DNA from: Ophelia neglecta
Taxonomy: Eukaryota
Direction of reading: 5' to 3'
Length of the DNA stretch: 64,000 nucleotides
Assembly: GCA_965285935.1 (NCBI GenBank)
Contig: OZ260662.1
Location: forward strand, 2,108,001-2,172,000
The notes beneath the pieces are model-generated. The model ran no database searches and had not been told where the DNA came from. It saw only the letters and a list, made by a program, of their open reading frames with translations. The translations under genes were made by a program, and so were the position numbers. Below, piece by piece: positions 1-14,420 of this stretch. Position 1 is the stretch's first letter. Every line of letters starts with the position of its first letter.

Positions 1-672
1 GGAGTGATACCCGCTCCTGATCCCAGGCTGCAAAACTGTGATTAACTAATATTATGTCAACAGGGCAATGTAGAGAAAGAGAGGAGGGGTCGGGGAGGAG
101 GGGGGGGGGGGTAGGGGGGTAAACAGATTCTACTTGAACGGTGAGAGACTGCTATTCCCCTTCAATGTGCAAACAAACTGTGGACAGAAAACCGGATTCC
201 GCCCAAATGCACCGCTTCCCTTGCCCAGGTGACCCCCCTCCCCCCCGGGTAAACCCCCCTTCCCCGGGTGACCTTGCCCCCTCTCCCGAGCGGCCCACCC
301 CCTTCCACCCGGTGACCCCTCAAACCCTCGTTAGACCCCCCGTGCCTGAAGCGGATAATACACTACCAGGCCTTACATACAGGGCCATGTTTGGAACCAT
401 TATTGGTGGGGCTGCCCACTTTAGAACCATTCTCAGTAAGTAATGTCCCTTAAGAACCAGATTTGTTAGTAATGCGCAGTTAAGAATCATTCTCGGTGTG
501 TACTACCTATTTTTGAACTGTTCTCGGTGACGCTGCCCCCTTTAGAACCTTTCTGCAGTGTGAGCTACACACTTTAGAACCATCAATGTCGGAGCAGCCC
601 ACTTTAGAACCTCTCTTGGTGGATATGCCTACTTCCACTCATGTGATCTATTTTTTTTAAAAAGCCCACACA

Positions 673-797
673 TCATAACTCGATTTGAGCCCCTAGAAGT
701 TGACCCCCGTCTCCATGTGTTGCCCTCTGAGTGGCTAAAGAGGGCAACCCATGGAGAGGTGGGTCCACTTCAAGAGGATCAAGAGTCAAATTATGAT
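673..797. repeat. Imperfect palindrome / fold-back (MITE-like hairpin)
   Basis: The arms gaagttgacccccgtctccatgtgttgccctct and agagggcaacccatggagaggtgggtccacttc are reverse complements around a ~10-nt loop. Weaker pairing extends outward. Confidence 0.65.
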
Positions 798-1025
798 CCT
801 CCTCTTCCTCTAAGTGACCTTGTGAAAACAGTCTAGTGAGCAGCACCACTGAGAAAATTTCTTCTTACAATGGGGTTAGGTACACCCCCAGGCCAAAGTG
901 AGTCAAACATCAAGGATATTATACACAATACAGCACAATATGTATATGACATTGGTATTACTTCCCGGTGTAAATAATGGCATTCTTGGTTGAAAAGACC
1001 TGTAGCTACCGGCAGACAAGCACCA

Positions 1026-1283
1026 CTGTACAAGTTGAAATGTTTGCCTGGACATTATTAAGCGAAATTGGCGAGAACAACCAGATTACTAAAATAAAAA
1101 TTCCGGCCAAATTAAAATCCCGCCAACAACTTATCTAAGTTAACTAATCGCAAAAAGGATAACTCTTTATAAGTGCAGCATCCTGCACAATTTTTTTCAA
1201 AGCAAATCCAGGATCTGCGAAAATAGATTTCGGTCAATATTGTTTTGTAAGCATATCCCGCCAATAGTTCTACTTCTACGGTA
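1026..1283. mobile_element. Putative degenerate MITE (non-autonomous DNA transposon)
   Basis: Imperfect terminal inverted repeats (actgtacaagttgaaa / gttctacttctacggt) and internal cgccaa/cgcgaa motifs. A related segment lies at ~1478-1657. Confidence 0.35.
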
Positions 1284-2639
1284 TTCAACATTCCGTCGTC
1301 AACCAAAGTATTTGAACAGTATAAAGTAAACAAGACAGGCCTACTGAGCAATTATGAATGTCTACACTCCTGTAAGCCACTGGCCTAGGCCAGTCCCGGT
1401 AAAGATAACACCAGGCTAACAATATTACCAGTACAGTCTACTTGATATGTTTAACCATTGAAACGTATATTTTGAGAACTGTAATGTTAAAATGTTCCGC
1501 GGGTTTTAATTCACGAAATTCGCGAAAAACTACTCTGCCGCAAATTTAAAAACTTGCAAGCATCCGAATAGCATGTTCACATATATAGAGCCTTCGCGCC
1601 TCTAGCCACGAAAAATACTAGCCTGCTGAGTTTAAGTATTTGCAAAGATTATTACTGTTAAAGGATGCAGCATGGGTCGAGGCTTCCAAGTACTGCACTA
1701 CTTTCTAGATTAAATGTACACAAGATCAATTTACAATCTTTACTGAATGATATTTCTGGTGCGAATACTTGGAAAAAGTTATGCTGTGAAAAAACTGTGA
1801 TTAGAAGAGAATAATGAATATGAAAGAAAACGAAAAGCTCAAAGTCCATAAATATCTTTCATAAGAAGTGCTTTTGAAAAGAAAACATGACTGCCAAGGG
1901 ACTGCTACTAGACCCTGACAATTAAACACTTAAAGGTACACTTCTGTCAAGATAATGCAGAGGTTCAATAAAAACATTATTACCTCTTACAACGAAGGTC
2001 CCCGCGGGAAATAAAAAGGCTGTATTTAGTAATTATAAAATCTTGTAGAGACGTATATGGGCAGCACCACTGAGAAAAGTTCTCATATTCAAATGGGAAG
2101 CACCATAGAGAATGTTTCTAACATTGATGTGAACACTAACGGCGAGTGAAGAGGGCAGCACCAACGAGTACAGTTCTACCTAGGATGGGGCTAGGCACAG
2201 ACCCAGGCCTACGTGACTTTAACCATCAAGGATATTCCTGACGCAGTACAGCAAAATATATATCATTGACCATTGGCATACCTGGTTGAAAATGACATGG
2301 AGCTATCAACAGGCATCTAACATTCCACAGCATGTTATTTGTCACTTACCAGCATTTGGACAATAAAAAGTCAACAAGCTAGGCCTCATATCAGACATAG
2401 ATAAGCCATTATTGGGTAATTCCCTGGCTTGGAGAAGGCCAGTCTGGCCTGCAGGATGGCATACTGAGTCAGTTTCACTTTATCCAGCTTATGAAACTGT
2501 AATCTACGTAACGTTTACAGCACACATTGATTTTATTCCTTAAATTCAAGGCAGATGCAATTAAATTGGAATGCCTTGTGGATTAACTAAATTAATAGTG
2601 AATACTTTTGTTTTATTGTTCCCACATTTCCAAAACATA

Positions 2640-3300
2640 ATGCCATCCCATACAGCCCCTGGCGGATCTAGAGGGGATTCAGTGTCCGGACGGCACTTTA
2701 TCTCTCAGATGGGGCTACCCTCTCCATCCCGTAAAGCCCTTGGCTACCCTCTCCATCCCATATAGCCACTGGCTGATCTAGAAGGGTTTCAGTGTCCAGG
2801 CGGCCCTTAGCCCTGGCACGGGGCTACCCTTCCCATCCAATACCTCCCCTAGCTGATTTAGAGGGTTCCAGTGTCTTCGTCCTAGCATTGGGCTACACTC
2901 ACAATCCCGTACAGCCCCTGGCTGACCTAGAGGGGATTTAGTGTCCAGACGGCCTTTTTGTTTTGCCCTGGTATTGGGGTACCCTCACACTCGCATACAG
3001 CTCCTTGCTGACCTAGATGGGATTTAGTGTCCAGTGTCATTTGCCATGGCACGGGGCTACCCTCACCATCACATACAGCCCCTGGCACAGGGCTACCGTC
3101 CCCATCCCATACAGCCCCTGGCACGGGGCAACCCCATCATCCCATACAGCCCCTGGCACGGGGCTACCCCATCATCCCATACAGCCCCTGGCACGGGGCT
3201 ACAGTCCCCATCCCATACAGCCCCTGGCACGGGGCTACCCCATCATCCCATACAGCCCCTGGCACAGGGCTACCCCATCTTCCCATACAGCGCCTGGCTG
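2640..3300 (+). repeat. GC-rich minisatellite (~35-38 bp unit CCCATCATCCCATACAGCCCCTGGCACGGGGCTAC) preceded by longer, more degenerate units
   Basis: Direct tandem repeats are visible. They explain the overlapping repetitive ORFs at 2927-3351. Confidence 0.9.
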
Positions 3301-6300
3301 ATCTATAGTCAGGTTCATAAATACATTCCACACTATTGTTTTACCATTTGATCACTTTATTACCTGTATATACCATTCAAAGTTTGCACACCATGTTTTG
3401 AGCTCCCCGGGTACCTAACTTTGCCGTCTCCTGGGGAGATGGCTTACTATATACTCCCAGTATAAAAGTGACCAACACTGTTAAAATCAGGCAAAGTCAG
3501 ATTACTACTCAACAAATGTCGTCAAAACAGTATGACAGCCATGTATTATGTCATCATGGAAATGGATATCGAACCTAGACAATCAATCATAACCAGGCAA
3601 TATTTGTCTTTTGTATAACTAGTATGTGCATACCACCTCTGTTCACGGGCTTACCGAGAAACATCTAAGAAATTAAGACACTGATAAAGTTAAACACATT
3701 GTTTATTACCATTCTGGGTGTACCTATACCTTCTCAGTCGAAGGGAGGCTTTATGCACACTGATGGCTTGGGAGGTGTCAAGGGAGGCAATGGCCAAAAT
3801 AGGATAGTATATATGTGTGGGTAAGGGGGTAGAATCTGAGGGGGGGGAGACTGTCTGGCGAAGCTGACTATTAATTTATAATCAAATGTCTTATGACTAG
3901 TGTGTTAAGGTCAAGATAAATACATTTTATTGGAAATGTATTTATTTAAATGTGATATCTTATCAATGCGGGTTGGTATTATTTTAGAGAAGAGTTTTAT
4001 ATAGCCTTGAGAAATGCACTAGAGCAGCTACATACCAGTGCGTTAAAATATTCCATCTCTAACCAAAGGTTGACAACTCAGTTATAATATCTTATTAGAT
4101 AACATATTATGCCCAAGCAGATTCATACCGTGTACGACAATATTGGAGTTTTCCTTGGCGTACAGTCATATATAACGGTATTCATCTCGGCTTAAAGGTT
4201 AAAACAAACCTATTCCGTGAAATATTGATAAATATATCTGTTTAATTTAGCAGTTATTCATTGCCTCGTTCTTCTATTAGCAATCTGACACTAACGAAAC
4301 ATGAATTATCTTACATCCATATCCCATATTATTACATGGGCCCCGGTAGACTAACATGGATTTTACATCTCTGACAGCCTTCCACTGCTGGCCTAACAAC
4401 GGATTCTAGTGCGCAATTTGTAGGTGATCTGCGCACAGACCTGATGCTAAACATCAATACATCCTACCATTATTTCTACTAGTAATTATTTCAATTAAAA
4501 ATCCATCCTCAATGTGTCCTGGGCATTAATATAAGGTTTACGATGAAAACATATTAACACTTGTTGACCACGCAGGATAAATGACCAACTATATAATTTA
4601 AACCTCGTACCAGCCTAATACATTGGGTTAAGCAATGGTCCATCCAAACAGACAGTATAATGTCCCTGTAGTGAGACCATTGTAAAACATTTGTATGTTC
4701 TACATTGGCCTGTGCCTTAATTCACATAACCATCGCAGGAATTGTATACAATATGTGCACAACAATGTATTAAGTGGCATTTTTCATTCATCAACTAGAT
4801 TTTCTGTTTGTTTTGTGTCTACACGAATCCAGAAGATGTACACCATTTGAGATACAGTAGCAGCACTGCTATGTATATTATTGCTATAGCAAGCCGATAT
4901 AAGTTGCCTGCATTAACATGTTATTTCTTCTATTTAATTCATTCCATTTATCCGGAACCGTCAAAAAAGCAAAGAAAATGTAATCGGCATGCATTACTAA
5001 TAAACTAACGTAGATTTGGAAAAAGTAATAGCCGGATTTAATTTGGTTTGGGTGGAGTAGGAAGGAATATCTTGTTGGGCGGTGGATGATTGGTAGAGTA
5101 AAGGCCTCTGAGAATAACCAATTGCATATTGCATAAAACACGACTGATATATTTGAATTAATACCATAATTGGGTTGAACCGGAATAATTTCTCCTGTGC
5201 CAAAAGCATGCCCAATATAATTATGGCACAGGATAACTTCAAAAGTTGCGAAACTTTCCATGAAAAATTCCCATAAACCGAAACAATTGCACGTGCCAGA
5301 CATATACGGACATTGAATACTGGCGGAAACTTGGTAAGCTCACATTAACTCTTAAGTAAAGTATACTGATCATATTCTGTGAGCGTACCTATGGGGAATT
5401 AAATCATTGCTATTTGTCACATAAATGTATTATGTTGTTTTGTCTTCTTTTGTACATCTATTTTGCCATTTTATTTGTATAAAAGACGTGTATGACCACT
5501 TTGGCTTAGCATAAACAGAAACTCAGCTAATAGACATTTCACATGCATGAGTCTGGTCCTGATTGGCTGACAATTAGTTTAATGAAAACGGGATAGTTTT
5601 ATAAGCTGCTAATAGATGGCAGCATGCTACAGCGGCATTTTCTCATGCAGTAAACAATAACATTTGTATGCAGCTCGTGTTGTATAAATTTGAATCTATT
5701 ATCCGCGTAATAATAAAATGAAAGACAAAAAGAATGCGTGATTTCAATGAAAAATACCAAATTTGTTCATGAACAACTTCACTATTGAGAGGGTGAGTGT
5801 TTTAAGCTGTTTGGTATGTGGGTGGCAGACGACCTAACATAGAGCCGTCATGTCTCCGATGCCCATGCTAGTGCTAGCCCGAGGCTGTATTACCTAGTAC
5901 AGTTGAAGGGCTGAACTCACTACAGACGATCTGATCACGATTTGTCTACTACACCGCTTTTGTTCGACCGTTATTTTAATATGCGTGCCCGGTGGGGCGC
6001 CCCGGTCACACACAACAACAATCCGCCTCTATTGAGAAACCCAGAAAAGTGCACTGCGGACTATTCAATCCCATGTGCCATACACTGTGGGCTTGTCCCA
6101 GGCGGGACTGGATAAACTAATTGACAAGGATTGTGCTGTGTTCTTCCAAATTTAATAGTCTAGGAAATTCCCCACCATAAACTCCAACCATTCATCCCAA
6201 GAAACCGAAATGTGGCGATGACCCAGGTCGTAGATTGCCATATCCATTGGCAAAGTGTAGAAGCCAGCGTTATAAGAAAAACTTTCATTTATTCCTTTAT

Positions 6301-9300
6301 AATTAACTATGTAAATTTGCCATACAAAAATATGTTTAAAATCTAGCAATATAATATTTAATCTCGTCTTGATCTTGCCACATACTACAGTGTCAATAAT
6401 TATACATGTATTTTATCTTTTTGCGTTCAATTTCATGCTTATGTACTATAAAAATCTTCGTTTTAGTTCTCTACACAGTTAATGGCAATTCCTTTACATT
6501 CATATAATGCATTTTGACTATTTGAGACAAAGAAGTGCACGTGTGAGAAAAATGCTGAAGCCAGCCTCTCTGTTCCATGCTTTAGGCTTCATTCCTGAAT
6601 AGACAATCAGTAACATCCAGCCCTGTATCTTAACTAAATAATCACTGTTATTTAGTCGTATTGTGCGTATGAGTTGGCAACATTCAACTCTCCAATGCCA
6701 CAAAACCACCCATTTTTATTATACATGATAGTCAGAACCCTAGTATCACAAATTGTACAGGTATCTCATCTTTCAGCATTGAATTTCAAACTTCTGTACT
6801 AAAACAATCTTCTTTTAAGTTCTCTTTACTTCAAATTGCACTTTCTATACATTCGCATTATACATTTGGACTATTTCAGACAAAAAGTTGTGGCTTGTGA
6901 TCCAGCCTCTCTGATCCATGTTTAATGCTTCAAAGCTTCATATGCATGCACTATTTATATTTCCTGTTGTGATGCTCTTTCAATCATGTAATGGTTTACT
7001 AGTACAAATGACAGGAACTGTTCTAGAAAGATATAGTTTGATTGTTTTTGCCTTTGATAAGTATTGACATACTGCATGCAAAATATGGTTACTACCTCAA
7101 AACTTCCTTTTCTTGGCTTCAAGCCTCACAATTAAACACTATATTTGTCCCACTATTTGATATATACATATGCATGTGCAAAGTAGGCATTTTCTGCAAT
7201 ACGACCTTAAATGAATCATTAACTAAATGAATGGACTAATATTCTGATTAAGAATTTAATAAAGAGGTAGAATTCAAAACATATTACCTCTGACGGGTGG
7301 TCCTCACATTATACATGCCTATCTAGCACAGATATTCAACTATTTTTAAACTTAAAAATCAGTATTCATAATTTGAACTTGTACAAGAAGACAACATGTT
7401 AAATTGATTCATGACCCAGAGCAGCTCCTCGCGGGGAGAAAGCTCTGGTTAAAGAGAATGGCCAGGTTTATACACACTCCAATTTGTCTTTGTATAATGT
7501 ATTGGTTAAGAACGCACCACTTGCAATCATGTTCTGAGACTATGTGTTTTAACATTCAAATATCATTTTTATATCCGGGTTTTTGTTCTATCCACCTATC
7601 ATATTTGTTTAATTCATGTAGATGGGGTGCCAATGAACATTTGTTACATATATATATTTTTGAAATGGAGGTATCAGTGTGGGAATAGATAAGATCTCCC
7701 CTCTACTCACTCCCCCACACCCTACCCCTCGACCTCACACACAAGCCCTGCTCCCGTTATCTGTAATTTTTACGTTGCAGTTTTAGCAACTACGCCTCTG
7801 GCATGCAAGCGAATATATGTTGAATCTCACCTCAAAGCTTATACTTAATGTTCAGTCCATCGTCTTTGGAAACATTATATGAACACTCCTGTACTAAAAT
7901 AACCAATGTCCAAATATCCTAGTGGATATGAGGCATTCGTTTATGGTCGTAAGCTGAAGTTGTCCGTGCGCAAACTGTTCAATGTTGTTTATTATCCGGA
8001 AAAAGACACATGTAGCATGTAGCATTTAGGCTGAATTTTATCCATTGACACTCTTACTGATTGCAATTCAACAACCCGATATTCATGCCCTGCTATAAGA
8101 CCTTGGACGTTATCCTAATAGCCATTCTCGACGCTGGTGATATACAATGTGTTAACTAGTGTGCATTGGACTCATGTCGTTTCAATGGTGGTAAAAACTT
8201 TTCTAGATTTGGTGCTTCATGACGAATGTGCATGCTAAGGACGCATTTCACGAAATGAAGAGCCTGTATCGCAAAGAGGAATGCCATTATATTAAAGTGA
8301 ACAGCCTACATTGTATAATAACATGCCTATTATGATATGCGCGCAGCGAGACGCATAGCGCTGCAAGGCACTCCTAGTAGTGAATGAAGAAATGGGTTGC
8401 ACATTTTAGTAAAATAATTCCCCAGGAGACCAAGGGGAGTGGAGAATATGTACAAGGAACGGCGCATTGTGGGATTCAAAGTATGTGGGAGGATTCTACA
8501 TGGTAATCCCTCCGTTGTCTACATTTAAAAATGTGTTTCGTAGCTCCGCTAGCAGAATTCCTAAACAAATTGACCTTTTGCGCATCAGTGTAATATGCAT
8601 GTCTTTCTCCTGATAATTTGTGACTGGGCCACTAGTTATCTATAGTTGTATTATAAACCCCCCTCCCCCTCCTGCTCGAGCAAACACTCCCCCCTCATAC
8701 ATATTCAAAGCCCCCCACCCCCTTAAAATTTGTGCTAATACAAGATATATGTGGCCAGCAAGTCGCGGTACATAAAACACCTGATTGAAATATGCGCGAG
8801 GTTACTAAAATCCTGATGACAGGTGTTGTGTTAATACTCAGATGGGGACACCAGGCGTAAAGTATAAAGTTGCTATTCAGACAAGAACTAGACCTAAGGG
8901 TACTACCCAGAAAGGGATGATGAGCATATGGTTTTTACTCCTATAGAGAAGATAGGCTTAAGGTTACTACCCAGTAGGCATGCAAAGCCCAATGTCACTC
9001 ATCAGAAAAGTTTGCCATTGTTGCTACTCAGATAGAAAAGCCAGACATAAAATTACCTTAGTCCAAGTGTATTATAGAGCCGCTTGCAATATTTTGTGTA
9101 TTATTGCTACACATTCATACGGCCTTTCCCTCACTTTATTCTAGAAAAATTGTGCCAGAGAGTTTTAAGTAGTCATATGTAAATTGGTTGACTTTGACGA
9201 GAAATGTGTACTGTTAAATCCAAAAGTGTCCAATAGGACCTTGAAAATAATGCCTCTAATAATTTTTGTATTTTATGGAAACAGTACCTGAGTACCCTTT

Positions 9301-11939
9301 ATGTGCCAAAGTGGGAGACAATAACAGTTTATTTATTTATAGCCATGTATGCATGTCCTTTGATTGGTGCAAATAGTGTTGGTTACCATAGCAATAAAAT
9401 AATCCTGACAATTGCCTCTCTTTTCTCATTTAGGCCATTTATCTATTTTCATTATTCAATAAATTAAACATCACCAACACCTTGTAAAGGGAACATGCCC
9501 AGGTGCATCACCTTAAATCGGTTCTTATTCGTCGCTTACCAACGTATAAGGGAACCATTAACTACAAGCCCACAAACTACACTCCCCAACTTATATGGGG
9601 ACTAGGAAACTAAGAACTAGGAAAACCACTCTGCCACGGATGTAAAGTCTAGAACTTCTACTGCGAAGGTAATGTCAAGGCTACGATAACTACCAAAATG
9701 TTCAATATTGTTGGGAACGGTTGCGGATTGAGATGGGGTGAAAATGCCACGTAAGTGCTTCACACCAAGCCACAAAGTATTCTTTTAAATCTGCAAACTC
9801 AAATATCAAATAAATCTTGCGGTAACACATTAGTATTAGTATGGTCAATATCAGGTATACATCAATTTCTAAATCGAAATGACCCTGTCAAACCAACTGA
9901 ATATCTGGACATCACCTTATAATAATGTGCATGATATGACTTAACAGACGATGCATGCTGAGTGAATAATGGGTGAACAAAGTCAACAAATGAACTTGAT
10001 GTACTTGTACGTATGGATTGTGATTGCCAGCTATATACATATATAATATGTATAGTGAAAACCCAATTTTCCACCTTATAGATTAACCACCTTTAACAGC
10101 TGGCATAGATCACTTCCAATACCTCTCACATAGTACAAATACTCATGTTCAGACCACAAATTGTTTTTTTCCAACATCCGCACATAAATTGTTCCGTTGC
10201 TTGCACTCATGACAAATTTGATTCCTAGTTATCTGCGTACTGATTAAACTAGAAGATGAGAGATAAATTTGGACTTTTAAATCATTTTCAAATCCGTTCA
10301 AAATAGCTGTTGCTGTAAATAAGAGAAAAACACTCCATATTATGCAACAATTAAATACCCCAATGGTTAAGCTTTGAACTGAGGTGGTGGTGTAATATCG
10401 CAATTAACGGCTGTATAGTAGTATACAACACAATTGGTGCAATAGGCGAAGAAAAAGATAAATAATTGAAGTTCATATCTAATTCCCAGCAGATATCATG
10501 AGTGTAAGATCACTACGCGTCCGATTTTCATTTGACATCAGTATTATATCTCAAGGCCATTTTTTATTGTTCACGCTAGTCACTTATAAACACTCTTGAC
10601 CCCCCCCCCCCCCCCCCGACCTCCGCCTTATAGCCTAAAAGGTCTGAGGCCGCAATTTATAAAAATAACAACCCCCCCCCCCCTTACACACACACACACA
10701 CGGCCCATACAGCTCATGCCCCCTCATAAACCTCCGCCTATAGACAGTAATACCAGTATACAGACACACACCTCGCACTGCGTCATTATACTATAACACT
10801 CTACAAACACATATTAGGCTAACCAGCCCAAATACAAGGCCTAAGTACAGGGGGTGTACTATTTTCAAATAAATCAAATAAGCCTAGTATGCAGCATAGC
10901 AAATGGTAAGCCTCTCCTGCATGGTAAGGCCATATATTTTAATGATTAGAATCATTACTGTTGCCAAATATAATTGAAGATGGATCAATGGAATAGCACC
11001 AATGAAGAGCTCCCTTCTGAAATCTATATTATACTATACTGGTTGGGTTCTCTATTCTCTTTAATATTATAATGTTAATATAACTGATTATTTTATATTA
11101 CATGGCAGTGTTTTTTCACAGGTTCTAAATGTAGAGCTTGGGACAAAACAGTATTGCAAATCAAATGGTTAGGAGTTAAAATTCAGCACTTTGGTTCTGT
11201 GAAAAAAGCAAACGCTAAAAGTAAACATTACTTTGATTTCCCCAAGCTCTTTGATTTCACAGATAACAACGGTGGACCTGGGGAGCAAAAGGCTAAACTG
11301 CGCGACATAGTGCGCTGAAATCTGAACAAACCTCGTCTTAAGCTGTGGACACAATGTACACAATGAACCAAACTTAAAATGCATGAAGGCAGATACTTTA
11401 CCCGTCGTCGATTAATCCTGCCTAGGATATAACTGTGCCACTGAGAGACTTGTTCTCCATAACAGACATAAACATCGTCAATTTTGAATATAACATCGAC
11501 AATGTGTTTGCACGCACTGTTTACACGGACACCAAAGTACACACTAATGTGTACCCCTTCCCAAAACCCTTTGAATTTAGTATAATTTTTTTTCATACCC
11601 TGTGGCTTGAAAGATCTACATGAATGAAGCTATGGCAATAATGTATTTGATGTTTAGTCGGAGTGACATAAAAACCAAGGATATCGAAGCAAGCCCGTCC
11701 ATTCACGGATAGAAACAGTATATGGGTCATAGCTACCTGTCACTTAACCAGGATTCTATGTTCAAATACATCAATAGATATGTCAAGGGGTCCTCTACTA
11801 CACTTATCACAAGCACCATTTTGAATATGATTTTGACGAGAAATAATTCTCGTGTTAAAAGAAAAGAAGCAATTTACATTATAAAAGTCCCCATGAAGAG
11901 GACTTATTTCCATTATGGCCCTTAGCGAGATTGTAGAAA

Positions 11940-12395
11940 AAAATACTTAGCAACAAGAATAAATAGCAGTGAGCGACATAGGGTACTAGTTACAACTATC
12001 AATAAATAAATAAAAATGCTTCACTAGAAGTTACAATGATGAGTTCAATAATTAATTCTTACACTCAGACTTAAACATCTCCAGACTAGAAATACATTTT
12101 ATATGATTTAGCAAGACATTCCATAGCCTTGCCCCTGCACATGTAAATGTTTTCTGCCCTGAATTGACACTTGCTTTCGGCACAATAAAGTATATTGACT
12201 AGCCCTGGTACAATGATCATGTGTGTCATTACTTTAACAAAATTATTAATATAAGAAGGTGCAAAACCACTCAAACACTTTAAAACAAGACATAGGGTGA
12301 AAAATTCCATTCTCTTCGCAACAGATAACCTGTTTTCCACTGTTTGTTCACAGATCCCGGTTCTACATTCCAGCACCTCTCTATTTCTTACAATA
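11940..12395 (-). mobile_element. 3' fragment of a CR1/L2-group LINE
   Basis: The minus strand reads as a decayed LINE ORF2 C-terminus (KCLSGFAPSYI...; F...GARLWN.L..-type motif). It is homologous in inverted orientation to 49610-49780. Confidence 0.6.
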
Positions 12396-12397
12396 TT

Positions 12398-12990
12398 AAC
12401 ATAAAGTACAGGACCGATGACCTCCTTAAGGCCTGAGTACAATACTAATATAAAGTACAGGACCGATGACCTCCTTAAGGCCTGAGTACAATACTAATAT
12501 AAAGTACAGGACCGATGACCGGCCTTAAGGCCTGAGTACAATACTAATTGAAGTACAGAACCCATGACCTCCTTAAGACCTGAGTACAATACTAACATAA
12601 AGTACAGGACCAATGGCCGGCCTTAAGGCCTGAGTACAAAACTAACATAAAGTACAGGACAAATGGCCGGCCTTAAAACCTGAGTACAATATCAACGTAA
12701 AGTACAGGAGCAATGACCAGCCTTAAAACCTAAGTACAATACTAACATAAATTACATCACCGATGACCTTCTAAATTTTTGACCTTTTTAAGGCCTGAGT
12801 ACAATACTAACGTAAAGTACAGGACCAATGACTAGCCTTAAAACAAGAGTACAATACTACCGTAAAGTACAGGACCGATGACCTCCTTAATGCCTGAGTA
12901 CAATACTTACGTAAAGTACAGGACCGATAACCGGCCTTAAGGTCTGAGTACAATACTAACATAAAGTACAGAACCAATGACCGGCCTTAA
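12398..12990 (+). repeat. 49-bp minisatellite, ~12 copies (AAAGTACAGGACCGATGACCTCCTTAAGGCCTGAGTACAATACTAATAT)
   Basis: Contiguous tandem units with no unique spacers. Confidence 0.92.
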
Positions 12991-13489
12991 CGCATCAGTC
13001 TGGAAATTTACACCTGATATTTCTTGTCGGGCTATGTTTAAACGTCGCAAATAAGTAATTGAAACAAACTACATTATTCTGTTAATCTTGAAAAATCAAG
13101 CACGTTATTCAATACATTCAGGTACAACACACAGGTGTGAGAGTTCTCCGTGCAGCTCATATAGGGCCTATGTATATCTATCTCATTCCCATTTATAGAA
13201 CAACTACAATTGCCATAAGCGGCCATAAGCATAATAATGTTCATTAATGTATATCATTTGTTCAGGAACATGTATTTACTTTGAAATAGAACACCTACCT
13301 TAAACAAAGGAGAATAGTAAGTGTGGGAAGGCTTTGGCACGGAAGCGGACCCAAACCGTATAATCTTTTAATGGAGGATTTCTAGTCCACAAAATCAACA
13401 TGTTTAGTTATCTGTCACCAGTGGCGTAGTGATCTTGTATATAGATGAATTTAGTCCCATGAATATAGTGCGTCGTGAAGCTCTGGCTT

Positions 13490-13880
13490 GTGGCCAAATC
13501 GGCTAGTGGAGGCCTTATCAATGGGCTCATGCAGCGTGAACTAAGATCACAGTTTAAGATAAGCAAAACAACCTGAATAGAAGTGAGATGTTCATTTGAA
13601 CTATGTGGAGAACATAAACACATGGCGGGTTTAGCTTAATAATGCACAGATAATACCAAGAAGAACCCCTCCCCCTCCCCCTCCTCATCAAAACGCATAC
13701 ATGTGCATGAAATGGTCATAAAAGCAAAATAAAAAATATTGAAAATTTTGCCGAAAAAAAATAACCCCCATTTTTACACTTTAAAGCAATACTGAATTTT
13801 ATCAAAAAATCCGCAAATAATTGTGCTTTGTTGGAAACTCTTAAGACTATCTGAAATGGCGAGAAACGAAAAAAAGGTTC
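13490..13880 (+). repeat. Dispersed repeat, inverted homolog of ~34410-34800
   Basis: gaactaagatcacagtttaagataagca...gaagtgagatg...catggcgggtttagcttaataatgcacagat and ctgaaatggcg blocks match the reverse complement of 34410-34800. Confidence 0.7.
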
Positions 13881-14420
13881 GACAATTCTTTGCAGATCAC
13901 ATTCTTTTATTGTGCGTTGCTATGGCAATTAAATATATTAGGATGTCTACCAAAAGGTAATCAATTTTTGTTAGGCCTAAAATGCTTTCTCCCTGTCAAT
14001 TTCAGCTCTGTAGCTCCGATACTTTTTTGCGCAATCCTGCTAACGAGCCATATTGCTGTAGAGGAAGTAGTATAGACACTAGGGTGGCACCGTCTATCTC
14101 AAACAAATATTCCAGGCCTATATACTATACCTGTGAAAGATAGCTAGTGTGTACCTAACGGTTGCGCAGCTATTCCTTAAAAAATGGCGGCGCCGGCGGC
14201 GGAGGATATGGCCCTATACATATCCCCAGCTTTTTTTCAAAAAAAGGGTGAGGGACAATAAAGGGGGTTACTTCGAAAAGCTAGGTCTCCTAGAGAAAAA
14301 CGCAACATAACCTGAATAAAACAATACGGACCAATCGAACATGTGCAACCTTGTCGTGATCCTCTCATGTTTCTTCAAAGACAATTCGATAATATAAATC
14401 AAAGTTTCTTCAATCAGATA

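Noticed and set aside
141-443. Proline-rich 100-aa ORF
   Set aside because: Derived from low-complexity C-rich short repeats; no splice or homology support.
2350-2496. Minus-strand segment bounded by a good acceptor (ttacAG) and donor (GTAAGT)
   Set aside because: All three frames contain stops and no family could be recognised. It could be a non-coding or pseudo-exon, but this is unsupported.
4884-5303. 139-aa minus ORF with LPIIHRPTR, faintly like a LINE endonuclease
   Set aside because: Only one short motif; too degenerate to call.
12398-12990. Regular repeats resembling a CRISPR array
   Set aside because: Units are contiguous with no unique spacers, there are no cas genes, and the context is eukaryotic.
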